DNA of 64,000 nt from Nemertoderma westbladi (lineage: Eukaryota > Animalia > Xenacoelomorpha), in assembly GCA_032718475.1 (NCBI GenBank), contig JAUCBJ010008167.1, positions 1 to 64,000 of the forward strand, read 5' to 3'. The notes beneath the pieces are model-generated. The model did no database searches. It was not told where the DNA came from and was given only the letters and a program-made list of their open reading frames with translations. Positions 44,412-57,571 of the stretch are shown piece after piece. A program made the translations under genes and the position numbers. The number at the start of each line of letters is the position of its first letter. Within the stretch, counting starts at the first letter, position 1.

Positions 44412-47400
44412 ATTCCAGACTCAAACCAAACGCATTTGCCTAGGCATACTCAGCGCTTATTTCGACCCCATAGGATTCAGCAGCCCAGTTATATTGCGGG
44501 CTCGAGACCTCGTTCCACGTATGTGGATGGAGAATGATAGTAGAAATACGCGTCAGCGCGGATGGCCTGCAAAACGACTTGCCTGCTAGAAATCGCACAA
44601 GAAGAATCTGGCAGATACGGCAAGCAAGAAGTCAAGCTGGTCTTGACTTACTTTTATTTTAATGGTTAACTCCTAAGTGACATTTGAGTGCGCTGCATAT
44701 CACACTCAAGCGTGGGAATGGGTTATGTGAAGTTAACCACTGACCCCCCTTTTTCAAAAATATGCCATATATTCAGCTTGACAGGCTAACAAAATTTATC
44801 CCTATATCGCTTCGTCCCCAAAAACAATAGGACTATGGGATATTTCATGATAAATCGTTTTATACATGGTGCATGAAACTTGATCTTAGTCCTAGAGCAA
44901 CTATGGACAAAATGACATAAACCATAGGACTGTGGGATGTTTCATGATAAACAATTCTATACACAGTGCATGAAACTTGATCTCAGTTCTAGAACATTTT
45001 AGAATATTACGAATGGGAGGTTCATGATAAGCCGTTATACACACGACGCATGAAACCTGAACCCAACTTCAATAACATGTTGCGATAAGTCATTATTAAA
45101 CATGACGCGCAGCCAACCAAAACCCTTTAACTGTATGATGACGGTGATAATACAATTGAATGCGGAATCCATATCCTTTATTTCGGTTAAACCAAACTCT
45201 GGGTAAATTCTGGAGACGGCACGCCACTTCTTGTATAACCCGAGTATAAAGGGAGTAACAAATAAAATTATAATAAACCGTAATAGTCATGATAAGTGAT
45301 TATTAAACATTGCGCATGACAATAACAAACCTTGGTCTTGCTGTATTATGACGGCCCAATCCCACTTGAATGCCGAGTCTTAATTATTACTCCCGCTTCT
45401 TGTCAATTGCCAGAGTACAGTAAGAGATGTCAATTATTAGTTGGCTTGACACTTCAAGAACCAACATAGCTCGATATTGATTAATACAATATCACATCCA
45501 TATAAATCCGTTCAAGTCACTGTAATAATGAGCATTACGGGAACGGTCGCGGTCCATTTGTGAATTTCTCCCAAGGGATGACTAAACTTAGTTTAAGTCA
45601 CCAGATCACGTAAATATTTATTATGTTATTTATTAATAGCCTAATACCACCAACCCTTAATTATGACATTAATACTACAATAGTATAAACACCAATACTA
45701 TACAGACAAACACTACATTCAAATAATAAAAAATTAGTGAGTATCCATGGAAACTAATATCAACATTCGGGAAATAGTAGGTTTGTGATAAACATTTGTG
45801 TGTATTGTAATATTGTGTGCTTTAGTTTGCATGACAGCATGAATAGCAACTGTTCTACGTGTGTTTACTGTAGCGAACCGAAACCCTATTGCTGACTAAT
45901 TGCAATTGCACTACAATACTAGATACCCCGACAAATAGCCCTTGGATAAGACCGGCCTCGAGCTTTCCCTGCGCGTTAGCCGTTGCGTCATCCACCCGTT
46001 CTTCCACGCCTTTTGGATAGGGAATTGACGTAGCGCGCGCTAATGTGGCCAGGGGAGGGCTTGGGTCCGTGTCGGGCGGGGGATGGAGGGCGGCTCAGCA
46101 TCGCCGGCCCTATACAAACTCAAGTTGTCATAACAATTATATCGACTCATTGGTTTGCTTTGTTGAATTATCAATATATTTATACATTGTTGATAACAAT
46201 TATGGATATTTCTAATGATGACTCAATATATAATATTGATACACAGCGACCACGACTCTCGGAGGAATATAACCGGTATATAAAACTGGTATATAAAACA
46301 TTTATGGATAACCGTCGCCTCATCTATTGGAACTTGGATGTACCCTACCTTGAAGATAATTTAAGATATGTCGAACAAACACAAATATATGTGACACGCC
46401 TCATTATGGATTTATAAGAATAACACATGGAGAACCCGATTCATTGGATACTTCATGGACACCAGTAGAACTGACCACCGAAGTGGCTAACGCTGAATGG
46501 TTACATACAGTTAATGCTATTCACAGTTATGGTGTTACGATCTATGATAACGAAGACTCCATACTGGATCCTGAGCTCAGTTCAACTCGGTTGATTCATA
46601 TCAGCGGCCTCACTGGAGCCACACACGTTTTTTTACGTATACTTGTCATGGCACCAATAGCGTTTTCCCTGCCTTGACTGCCTATCAACGCCGTGCGAGA
46701 CATCAACAGTTTGTTAAAGCGGAGGCTTATGTCAATGACGCGAATCGACACCCAGTCGTGGGAATAGATGCAGCATTATTGCCGCAACCCGTACTGGACA
46801 TTTTCTCGGACGAACCAGTTTATAAACTCGGTTTAGCCATATATCGGGACTTGAATGATGATTTACCTATCGTCCATGACATACCATTAACATTTAACAT
46901 TAACATTTCTTAAAACCACCCTTGCCAATATTGACAGTCAGTTCTATGTGAAATCACTGTCTCAGCGAGAGCTACGTCGCACCGCAGCGGATGAGCTAGC
47001 CAGCGGTTACTTTGCTATATTCCGATACGCATGTATTTCAAATCTCCATCAATCGGTGATCGAGAGAAGCCTGTTACCAAACCTGGTTTCTCGGTTGGAC
47101 AAATGTAAACTGACGCCCCCAACTAAACGGAGGAACCAATCCACCTAGAAGCGACCTCAGTAGCCGCCTCTGTCGTGCTCACCCGGTCTGGTGTCGTTAC
47201 CCAAACTATCCACTCTGGATCAGTTGCTGTGCGCAAGCTCTTAGCCGCTCCTCTGGAACCGGAAATCCGTCGACCGGCTGTCGTCTCGCGCGCCACGAAA
47301 CCGGCTGAGTTCCCGTCCTTACCTGGCACCTCCACTGGAACATACACTGATCGTCCGAGTTCTCCAATGCCTGACGCGGTGGATATACATCCAGACATGT

Positions 47401-47993
47401 CCCAACGAGACGCTTTCGAGCGACGACCTGACATTACCCGTGCCCGACGCCCGCAAAGAAGAGGAAACGACTCTTTATGCGTATTACACCCAAACACCCC
47501 AAACGAAAGCGATAATATAAGATTATTATTAGTTAGCCTGTCAAACTTTATAAAATCCCCGTAACTGTTCGCAAACTATCATATTTGTAAATAATGAACA
47601 ATATGTACTTCTTATAGTGAGATTGAAATTCAGTACATTAGTACCTAAAGAGATAATATGACTCATTACTTATTTACGTACCTAAAGAGTATCTGTAAAT
47701 ACATCAAACTCTAGTATTATTTGAAAGATTGTTTAATACTTACATAGTTTCACCGGAAGTGACTTAACGAAATTTATTGTTTATATATGAGTAAGCTGAC
47801 CTACCTTAATTAACTTCGTTTAATTTAGTTGGATTGTTTATCACATTTAATTGTATGTAGCGAGTATTTGATATCAACATGATTTGATTGCTGAAGGTTC
47901 GTATATACCTCTTTCGATGTAATTTTAGAAAAAACTCAACATTGTGTCATTAACACATTGTGTTGTGAACTTGTACGTGATTTTAGGGAACGG
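44412..47993 (+). mobile_element. Element C: fragmentary Bel/Pao-derived segment
   Basis: Pao pol remnant TKRICLGILSAYFDPIGFSSPVILRAR (~44420-44530), which matches B TKRSCLSKLRRLFDPLGFISPIILQAR. Then spacer repeats, an exonuclease pseudogene, an AT-rich UTR and PPT-like AGGGAACGG. Confidence 0.65.
46202..47564 (+). pseudogene. Element C accessory DEDDy exonuclease-like ORF (frameshifted)
   Basis: EWLHTVNAIHSYGVTIYDNED (DNE at 46546-46554), LIHISGLTGATHVF, IDAALLPQPVLDIFSDEPVYKLGLAIYRD, NIDSQ, ASGY; collinear with B EWNRTF..GYMFYDNEG, IQIRAADGVLHVF, IDARMIP..VVKIGSGVRED, YVDT, TGY. Confidence 0.75.
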
Positions 47994-49850
47994 TTTTGCT
48001 GCAAATGCTAACTGTATCAGAAATCTTATATTTTTATCAGATTATCGTTCAATTTCAGTGCATCTAATATTTGTACTTCACGTGTATTGAATAGCCCATA
48101 AAGTTGTTTATATATGGCCTAATAACAGTTGTGGTATTACTGAACTCTCAATGGTAACTACCAAAGCTGGTATTCTTGGGTCTTATTGGCTGTTCTATTT
48201 CACTGAGCCTTGTTTGTACCATTATATAATCAGTGTCCACCCTGACACTATAGGCTTAACCTGATACCATCTTCAGGTACTTTACATCAATTTTATAGCC
48301 TAGCAAGTCACGTTAGTTACAACGGCTTTGCAATATTTTACCTTATTACTACTTGCAACTTGTCACTTGTCATTTGCAATTTAACATCTTATTGCTTATT
48401 ATTTGCATTTACTATTATTGCATTACTTGTTAATGAATATACTGGACCAGAGATCAAACCAACTCTATTTCCACACAGTGAGTGCATATTGCGCCCTGTC
48501 AGTAATAGATTCGGTTCAATTAATGCGAGTGTGTGTGTCTATAGTACTGCAATATTATTCCCAACTAGTAAACATCATCTACCAACTATGCAAGTGATAC
48601 AGGTAAACTGTGCGCTTATCACGCACTAAGCCAACGTAGTGTCCTACCTGTGATATATATAAGTCATACGTACATTTACTATTACTAGCCAACAACACAA
48701 TATAACGGAATGGTTTACACGTAACTATCGCGCCCCCTTGAAACAGTTTGTAAGTGCTGAGGCTTTATACTTACAGTAACTAATTCTAGATCCCGTTAAG
48801 ATATATATATTAGATAATATATATATACCCCCACACTTTCGTGAGTGTTCCTGCTGTGCGGCAGGTATCCCAAGGCATTGATAGCACTCATAAGAACTAC
48901 ATAAAGACTTGCTGTGGCATCTTCAGGTTAGCCTCCCATAAACGCCTTGACACTACTACTATGATCGGCATGCTGCATTGCAGCTGCATTTTTAAGAATG
49001 CTGTGCCGGCTTATCGACAAAATTGCACCGCCACAACTCCCTATCACCCATGACATTTGCTAGATCATCCGCATCTTCAAGGCCAGTGTCCTTTAAGATG
49101 CTTCTCTAGAAAGTCATGGGCTGTCCACCATGCTTAGTCACTCCATGAGGCTGCCAAAGTACAAGATTATGCACTGGCTGGTCCTCATGGCGAAAGCAAT
49201 GTCCTGCAAAGCGGAGGCGATTTTGTTCTAGTGTCAAGCTTGGGGGAACCAATGAGACACCTCCAATGTTTATAGTGTCTGGTTGGAGATATGTGCATTG
49301 TACTTGACACAATGAACGCGGTGTAGCATTCTTGTGACTGTGCCATCCAGAGATTTGGTGTCCTCAGCAGTTAGAGCCCAGCATGGACTCCCATAGAGGA
49401 GTACTGGAACTACTGCTGCTCTAAATAATCGGATCTTAAGTTTCCGATTAATTCTCGTTGACTTCCAAATCCTGGAAAGCCTATTCAAGGCTGCCCATGC
49501 CTTTCCCTTACGTATTCGAAGGTCCTCACCTGACTTCCGGATCCATGATCCCAGGTAACAGAAGTCATCCACATGCTCAAGCATACCATCTTTTGAGCTT
49601 TTGCTCATCCGATCAGAGACTTGCTGAGGACTTTCAAAGTTAACTGTCAAAATTTTGGTCTTTCTGGAGTTAATAAAAAGACCAACACTAGAAGCAGCAT
49701 GTTCTAATGATCTGAGGAGCCGTTGGGCTCCCTCTAGTGATTCTGAGAGTACTCCTAATTCATCAGCAAAGTCTAGGTCAGTTAGGTACTTGGCAGGATT
49801 TCCTCGACTTCTGGAGCCAGTAGGTGGAGTTATCATCACCCCGAATCCAG
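47994..49850 (-). mobile_element. 5'-truncated RTE-like LINE (RT C-terminus plus 3' UTR)
   Basis: ORF 49270..49965: YLTDLDFADE, VGLFINSRKTK, FCYLGSWI, KIRLFRAAVVPVLLYG; continues LWQPHG..DTG; long 3' UTR shared with the other copies. Confidence 0.9.
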
Positions 49851-52800
49851 CACCCGTGAACCGGACACTGGGACCGGGCTGCCACCGGGCTGCCACCATT
49901 GCCGAAACCCGGCTCCTCCATAAATATTGCCATTCGGACATTCCCTTGTCCGGAACTGCCGCCACCTGTTGCGGGACACCTCCGCCATATTGGACACCAT
50001 GAGCTCGGGAATCGCCACCAGGGACACCATGCCGGGCACGGAACCCTCACCCAAGTGTGTCCGTTGGTCCACCACCTTGGTGACCACCAAACCCATCACC
50101 ACACGCGCCACTCCCACTCCTGATCGCTACCAACGGCGACAACGGCACCCCCCAGCGGCTCTGGAGTACAACCCATAATTCACGGACTGAAACTGAAACT
50201 GAATGTAATTTGAGCCTTGCTCGTGCTGTGCGATGGACCGACCACGCCAGCACCCGGACTTTCGGACACTTACGGACATTATGATAGCCCCAGAAAATAT
50301 TCCTGGGACTCGAAAGGGGATGGGGGCTATTATACATACAGTAGTTTATTACGCCTTGCGACCCATAGATAGCGCTAGGCTAGCATTATTATTATCTTTA
50401 GGTTTCTTGCTGTAGTACTGTACACCTAAGCCTATATGAAGCCACGGCCCTACTGTAGTTGGTGTAGTGGTACCATATATTATATGCGATATATGCATGA
50501 TACACTAAGGAATGAAACAGGAAATTGAAGGCCTATGTCATATTATATTTTTATCCCATACGGATAAAAAATTCGGACAAAAAAATAGTACTTACTTTTT
50601 GTAATAGAAATAGTTATTATTATTTGGTATGAATTAATATTCTAGAAGACCATGACAATGATATGTAGCACTCTAATTAATTGGGCACTCCCAGGCAAAA
50701 GGGTCCCTACTACGCCCTGAAGACACCCCCTACAATTTTTTTCTACCAGTGCTTTTCTAGTGTTTTCAAATTTTTTTTTTTTTTTTTTTTTTCCTAGATA
50801 AATATATATTGGGCTATAAATTTAACAACATACGAATATAATTATTCACTAATAACTAACTATTCCATAAATTCAACTACCTAATCTACTAGTTCTAGAA
50901 ATAACGGCTGATTGAATAGAGTTTGTAAAGGTTTCATCTAGTATTCCTCCTCTCCTTCCTCTCTTTCTTCTCTTTCTAGTGTTTTCAATAATTTTTTGGT
51001 ATTGGTGAATGTTCTGTGTTTTGCGAACAATACTGTGTTTTGGGCATAACCTCTACAAAATTTTCTAAATCTAGCTAGATTTTGTTACTTTTTTTTAAAT
51101 GTTCTAGAACATAATGTCTAAATAAAATACTTTAAAAATTTTGTTCTATAATAAATAAATAATTTATCTAATAATCTATAATAAATGTCTAATAAATATA
51201 TTTAAAAAAAATAATAATAATCAAAAGAAATAGGGTTGGTGGCTCCATGACATACTAAATATAATAATATCAGACATTGATGAAGTAAGAGTAAGGACAA
51301 GTTAGATGATACCGGTAATTACTATTGATTCTAATTAAATTTAAGAAAGTTATAGTTGGAAGAAGAATGGATGGAGGGAGATAGAGAATCCCAACGAAGG
51401 CGACTCAACCCTGTTGTCTAAAATGTCTAATAAATTACTTTAAAAATTTTGTTCTATAATAAATAAATTGTTGTTCTAGAACATTTCATAAAAAATCAAG
51501 CCTATTTGTTAAATTTTTAACATTTAATTTTCATTATTTTTTATGTTATCTTTGTTTCCATAAAGAATAGTCAATCAGTTTTGCTAGCTATTCTAATCGA
51601 AAACAATTTATAGAACTTGATACTTTCCGTGCATAAGACAACAATATTTCATGTTAATTTATAACACATAGCCAATATTATTCATTAAATTATATTTATT
51701 AAATATAAATACTTAACATAAAATATTTTAACTAGCTAATAATAACTAGTAGCTAATAATTATAAACAGCAAAAAACAACTTTTTTTAAATGTTCTACAA
51801 CTAAAAATATTTGTTCTAGAACATTCTTTAAAAAAATAAATAGACTATTTTTCTAACACATTTTTAAAAAAAATAACAAAAAATAGCTAGGAAAACAACA
51901 AAAAACCTAATTAATTAAAAATGTTCTAGAACAACAATTATTTGTTCTAGAAAAAAATTAATAGACAATATGTTTTAGAACAAGCTAGCATACAAAAAAT
52001 TGGAGGGGGGTGTGCCCTAAACACAGTAGTACCATATGTTCTATAACATTATTAGATAGATGTGTATTTCATGGTAGCTTGTGTATTTTTACTAGCTTGT
52101 AAAGGATTTCTCGTGCCTTCAGCACGATAAGCTCCTAAACGGCTTTTAAATGTATCTCAAAAATGATTCCAAGTCCTAACACACTTCGTTTACTGCTTTA
52201 GTTTTTCTTGGTCGAGATGACTGACTTGAAATAGCTCGCATAACACACGTTCCTACAACTGCTTATACTTTACGGACGTCCACAACCCTTTCAAGATAGT
52301 GCAAAAAAACGGAGATTTCTATTTTCCAGATGTTATTAATGTCTTCCTTGGATAAAAAATAGTGTATGGTACACCGTAACACCATAGAAAACCCTCTGGG
52401 AAGAGGAAAAAAGAGAAACCAGGTGAGGGGTGGTTTGGGTCCGTTAGGAACCACAGTATAGCCTCGAAAAATAATCCCAGTCTATAGTCCTATAGTCTAT
52501 CTATCAAGCAAACAGTCGGCCGAAGCCGGAGGCGAAGGCTCCTCTTTCGATAGCTGCTACCCGAGGGTAGGGGTGGGCGCTACTCCTATAGTCTATATAG
52601 GTTGCTAAAAAATAGTCCGAAAAGTTTTAATATAGAAAATTTGTCGTAAAATAATTGGTGCGGCTTCATCCTATTGGAAAACTTGGCAATATTGCAAACA
52701 CCAGGTTACTTTCTATTTCCAAATGGGGGTGGGAGTGATTGGACGCAGGAAGTTCGCTGATACCTTGTCCTACGACTCAAAGGTATGACCGAGGTCGCGC

Positions 52801-53926
52801 CAATGTTGCTGGCAGAGTGTGCAAGCACTAGAGGGCTGGTTGGCCCAGAGCTCTTTCTCTGTAGGAACTAACCAACCCACGCTCCTAAGCCCCACCAACA
52901 CTAAGCGAAGTAAAGGTGGGTATAGGAACAGTCCAACCCGGCTGCTGAGAACTGAGCCAAGATAGCGTGCCAAGGGCTGCCATCTACAAGGCCGAGTGAT
53001 ACTGACTGCTGAAATAGTGAAATGTGGCCCCTTATAAACCCGGTGTTTGGGGTCAATAAGGAGTTGACCCCTAATTATCACTTGCTAAGGATAGTGGTCT
53101 TTCCTTAACAAGAATTTGTTAATACACGTTAAAGTTATAATTGAAATTGACAGGTGAACTATTCCCATTATTATTTAACATAGCTTCCCAGGGATAATGT
53201 GTGTAAGCCAATCATAATATGTTTAGGCAGGCTATAATGAGAGTGATGCTCTCCCATTGGGTGGAGGTAATTGGGAGAGATGCTAGGAAGATATTACTGA
53301 CTGGTGGGTTTATTGGGTGTTTGAAGCAAAGAGCAAAGGCGGCCCTTCAAAGGCGGCTATTCCCTCTCTCTCAGGGGTGTAACCCTTGACCCCTATTGTG
53401 TGTGTGTTCTCTGGGGTTTCTCCTTCCCACTTTGTTGGGGTGACACGAGGTTGATTGATAGTCATCCTCGTGTTCCCCAATATTGCTTAAACCTCACTTT
53501 ATGGGGTGGTTAGCGGAATTGAATAAGCTAACATCCCTTGATAATGGTGAATGTTCTATAACCCAGTAGGTATTTTTTTTATGGTAGCTAGTGTTTTTTT
53601 TACTTGCTAATATTTTTTGAAAATAAATGATTTTACTTTTTTTGTTAACAATTGATAAGTCCAGTAGTATACCGCTTACCGCATCCTAGTAACGAAGCAC
53701 CTTACTGTAGAATCCAGCAGTGCATACGGGCTCGTACACAGTGCTGTTCAACAGTCATTTGGTGTTATTTAGTTAAAGTGGTTTTAGTTAATTTGTCGCG
53801 ACGAATTTAGTTAGTTAAAGCGTTTTTTAAAGAAAAATAGTTGAACTTTCAACTAAATTCTAACTAAATTCCAAACCTTAGCCATACCACCATTACCGAT
53901 CACACTGTACTATTCGGCCTTCTTAA

Positions 53927-55347
53927 CCCTATTAAACCCGGGGGGGGGGGGGTCAATATGACCCCCCCCCCCGTGGTTTTTTTATTATAATTCTGAAACA
54001 AACACAGTTGGGAATCTGAAATTTTATGACTTTTCCTAAAAATCTATTGTCTTCCTAGTAGTGAAAACCGTTTTGAAAAATGTTGGGTAGTTTTCGAGTT
54101 ATAGCACCATTTTTTAACCCTACTTTTGGCACTTTTTTTGTGACGTTTTTTGAAAATTACATTTCATTAAATATTAATTGTAACATCTCTATTTTTGATT
54201 TACACCGGTTTTTTGGTGTTAGCAATTGGATAGAATTTATATAAATTGATTTAGAAATTTCAAACTTGTTTTTTTCGGCGGGTGCCAAATTTTGGTGCCA
54301 GCACCAAATTTTGAAATATTTCAATTTTGTAAATTGATTGTTTGAAACTTGTTTTTTACGCAATTGGGGTTTTTGGAGTTCTGGTTTCGATGAAATATAT
54401 ACGAGTTGCACCAAGCGTATCAAACTTGTATTTTTCAGTGCTGTGTGCAAATTTTGGTGCTAGCACGAAATTTTGAAAATCCATTCAATAGATAAAATTG
54501 CTTGTGACAATTTATTTCTTGCATTTTAGAGGTTTATGGCTGTTCTGAATTCAATGGAATATATAATTATCGAACTAGACATCTCAATCTTGTATTTTTC
54601 GGAAGTGAGTGCAAAATGTGGTGCTAGCACCAAATTTTGAAAACCATCAAATATATCAATTGATTGTGTCATCTTGTTTCTTGCGTAATACGGGTGCGTA
54701 ATACGGGTTTGTTAGGGTTCTGAATTCAATGGAATCAATAAAAACAGCACTGGACATCGCAAACTTGTACTTTTTGGTGATGGGTACGAAATTTGGTGCT
54801 AGCACCAAAATTTGCCAAATTACGCCGAAAAATACTAGTAGCAATGATCTGGCATATTTGAAATGTATTCCATTAGAATCAGCGCCCTAGAAAACCTGAA
54901 AATGTGAATTTATAGCATCGTATAAGTGAATTAAAAATTTTGTGTTCTAACTGAAAAGTGCTGGTTACTTGTTCTTTTCATTTTTTTCCTACGCATAGAG
55001 GACTAAACAGCCATTTATGGTAATCAAATCATTTTTAAATATTTTCCAATGTATTTTGCGCCCCAGAAAACCTGTATTGAAAAACAATTAGCCGAAAAAT
55101 GTAACTTACAAATTTTGTGAAAATTGTGCACTACTTGTAATTTTGGTGCTGCAATATTACCACCCCAGTACATATTTTAGAAATTTTTTTTTCGGTCCGA
55201 TCCATACTAGTGATACCTACGTACAAACAAAAAATCAGACGTTTTCGTCAATATTTGTAGATTTTAGAGGGAGGGGTCAATATGACCCCCCCCCCCCCCC
55301 CACCCCCCGGTATTTGTACAACATTTTATAGCCCGGTACTAATAGGG
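53927..55347. mobile_element. piggyBac-type non-autonomous element
   Basis: TTAA|CCCTATTA...TAATAGGG|TTAA; subterminal palindrome ggggtcaatatgacccc near both ends; internal tggtgctagcacca repeats. Confidence 0.85.
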
Positions 55348-55957
55348 TTAAATATTGGATGGCAATGAGCAATGAGGATGTCAAGAGGTTTGGATGAGAG
55401 ATGTGGATGGGAATAATATGGGAATTTATATACTGTATCTAAAGTGGTATAGTGCTGCCTACGAAGGCGTGAAAAATATATTACATAGCTGTTGGTACTT
55501 TTTGAAATTATAAAAAAAAATGGGAAAACATTGAGATTTCAGGTTTAAACTGTTACAGAATATATTAATGACCAAAAATATTAATGATATTATAACAGTT
55601 TTACAGCTTATATTAATTTTTTTCAAAAATTACTTGCTAGTAAAAAATACACTAGCTACCACAAAAAAATATCTGCTAAGATTCTAGAACATTCACCAAT
55701 ATCAAAACAAACACTCAAAAACACAAAAAAAGGTTAAAAAAAATAACAGGGGGAAGTTCATTTTTGGATAGTTTACCTTAGATTGTAGGATTCAGGCTAA
55801 AAACAAAACACTGGGAACTTTAAAAATATATAAATACCTTGATAATAATTATTGTAACTAATAGATTTGTACACTAATGAAGTTGAAAAAGTAGTAACTT
55901 CCACTAATTGTAAAAAGGTTTGCACTAATACAGAAATTATAATATAATAAAGAAAGG

Positions 55958-57571
55958 ATGTATAAAATACCAACGATTATACTAAATCATAATTGCCGAT
56001 TATTAACATTAAGAGAAATAGGTATTGTGAATGTAACTCGGGCTTTGGCAACAGGAATAGTGAATGCAGAATGTCGGAGATGGAAACTGCAGGCAGTTCG
56101 AAATGATAATCAATGCAATGTCCTCTGTAAGTGGCTGAAAGAACTACCAAATGTCCTTCGCATTGATCTACGGAAGTTCATTCTACATGCTTATATTATG
56201 GCATTTAAACAGTTGAGGAAGAAGTTCAATAAATTATATCCGCCATATAATGCTAATAATGATATACATTTCAGGAGAATAGGGAGATGGCTTCAGAGAC
56301 ATGTATTGCGAAAGAAACCAACTTTGGGCGGCATTATGGAAACCTACAGAAATCTTTACATCAATCAACGTTTTTGTACAATTGATATAATTGTTAATAA
56401 AGATTTTCACAAAGAATTTCAATATAGGGCAATTGTTGTCCGTCTATTAAGTTGGCTGCCAAAAATGGCAGATGCACTGACGTCAATAGATGTGCTATAT
56501 TTGTCCCGAGACCTGTTGTCCCGCACACTGAATACTATATTTATAGGCAAATTTATGTTTCCTTTGCTCGTATCTATAAAAATTCCACACATAACTGAAG
56601 ACATTCTCAAAGGTATCATATGCAGCTGCCCCAATCTCAGAGTTCTACATATTCCTTGTTCTGATGTCACCATCGACACCTCTACACTACAGAGTCTAGC
56701 ACAACTGGAAAGTTTGCAGGTGTTAAATATTCAGATGTGTGATGAGATATCAATTGATAAAATAATTGAAATGCAAAAAATGCTGCCAAAGATCGACATT
56801 ATTACATATAAATCTAGGGAGATACTTGAGAGAAACATAAGTAACTTTCGTTTCCGCTATTTCAGTGTTTTTAACAGTAATGATACTGATCAATCTATCA
56901 CTGACTACCTCAAGGAAACTGTAATTCCTCATTGCCGAGATGATATCGAAGAGCTTGTGTTTAAAGTTTATTTATATCAGGATCTCCAATTATTCGACCA
57001 ACTTAAAGCATTTCCAAACTTGTCTAAGTTGATTTTCAAAGTGAACGGTGAAATGTCTCCAGAAATTATAATGGAAACAGCTCATAGAGGTATTACTCTC
57101 CCAAATGTCACAGAATTGTTTTTAAGTGTGTTAATGTCTGAACCAGTCATTTTGGCTGATTTAGGCTACATATTTCCAAATGTAAAGAAATTGAAATTAA
57201 ACAGGATTCTATTTCTTGAAAACCCCGCTAACAATATTATAATGAGATTTCTTCGAATGATCGATATACAAATATATAACTACCAAAGTCTAATAATGTT
57301 ACTAAGAGCTTTGCAACCATCATTAACTAAAATATCCATTAGCTTTGCTCATAGCTATTCCCATTTTGGTGTGCCACAACCTACCCAATCAGAAGTAAAG
57401 GAAGATATCAAGGCAATCATAGATTCTGGGACTTTTGATGATTTAGAGTCTATCAGCTTGTATCACAGCATATTTGTTAATGATTTATCTAAGGAATTTG
57501 TGGAAATATTAGCTGAATCAGTATGGAAACGATGTAAGAAGTTGCACCGTTTCACAAAATCAATGTATTGA
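55958..57571 (+). CDS. Intronless 537-aa leucine-rich-repeat protein, possible cullin-adaptor type
   Basis: Uninterrupted ATG ORF in AT-rich DNA; LRR units CPNLRVLHI, LESLQVLNI, FPNLSKL, LPNVTEL, FPNVKKLKL; N-terminal TLREIGIVNV and LPNVLRIDL resemble BC-box and Cul2-box motifs. Confidence 0.7.
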   Translation: MYKIPTIILNHNCRLLTLREIGIVNVTRALATGIVNAECRRWKLQAVRNDNQCNVLCKWLKELPNVLRIDLRKFILHAYIMAFKQLRKKFNKLYPPYNANNDIHFRRIGRWLQRHVLRKKPTLGGIMETYRNLYINQRFCTIDIIVNKDFHKEFQYRAIVVRLLSWLPKMADALTSIDVLYLSRDLLSRTLNTIFIGKFMFPLLVSIKIPHITEDILKGIICSCPNLRVLHIPCSDVTIDTSTLQSLAQLESLQVLNIQMCDEISIDKIIEMQKMLPKIDIITYKSREILERNISNFRFRYFSVFNSNDTDQSITDYLKETVIPHCRDDIEELVFKVYLYQDLQLFDQLKAFPNLSKLIFKVNGEMSPEIIMETAHRGITLPNVTELFLSVLMSEPVILADLGYIFPNVKKLKLNRILFLENPANNIIMRFLRMIDIQIYNYQSLIMLLRALQPSLTKISISFAHSYSHFGVPQPTQSEVKEDIKAIIDSGTFDDLESISLYHSIFVNDLSKEFVEILAESVWKRCKKLHRFTKSMY

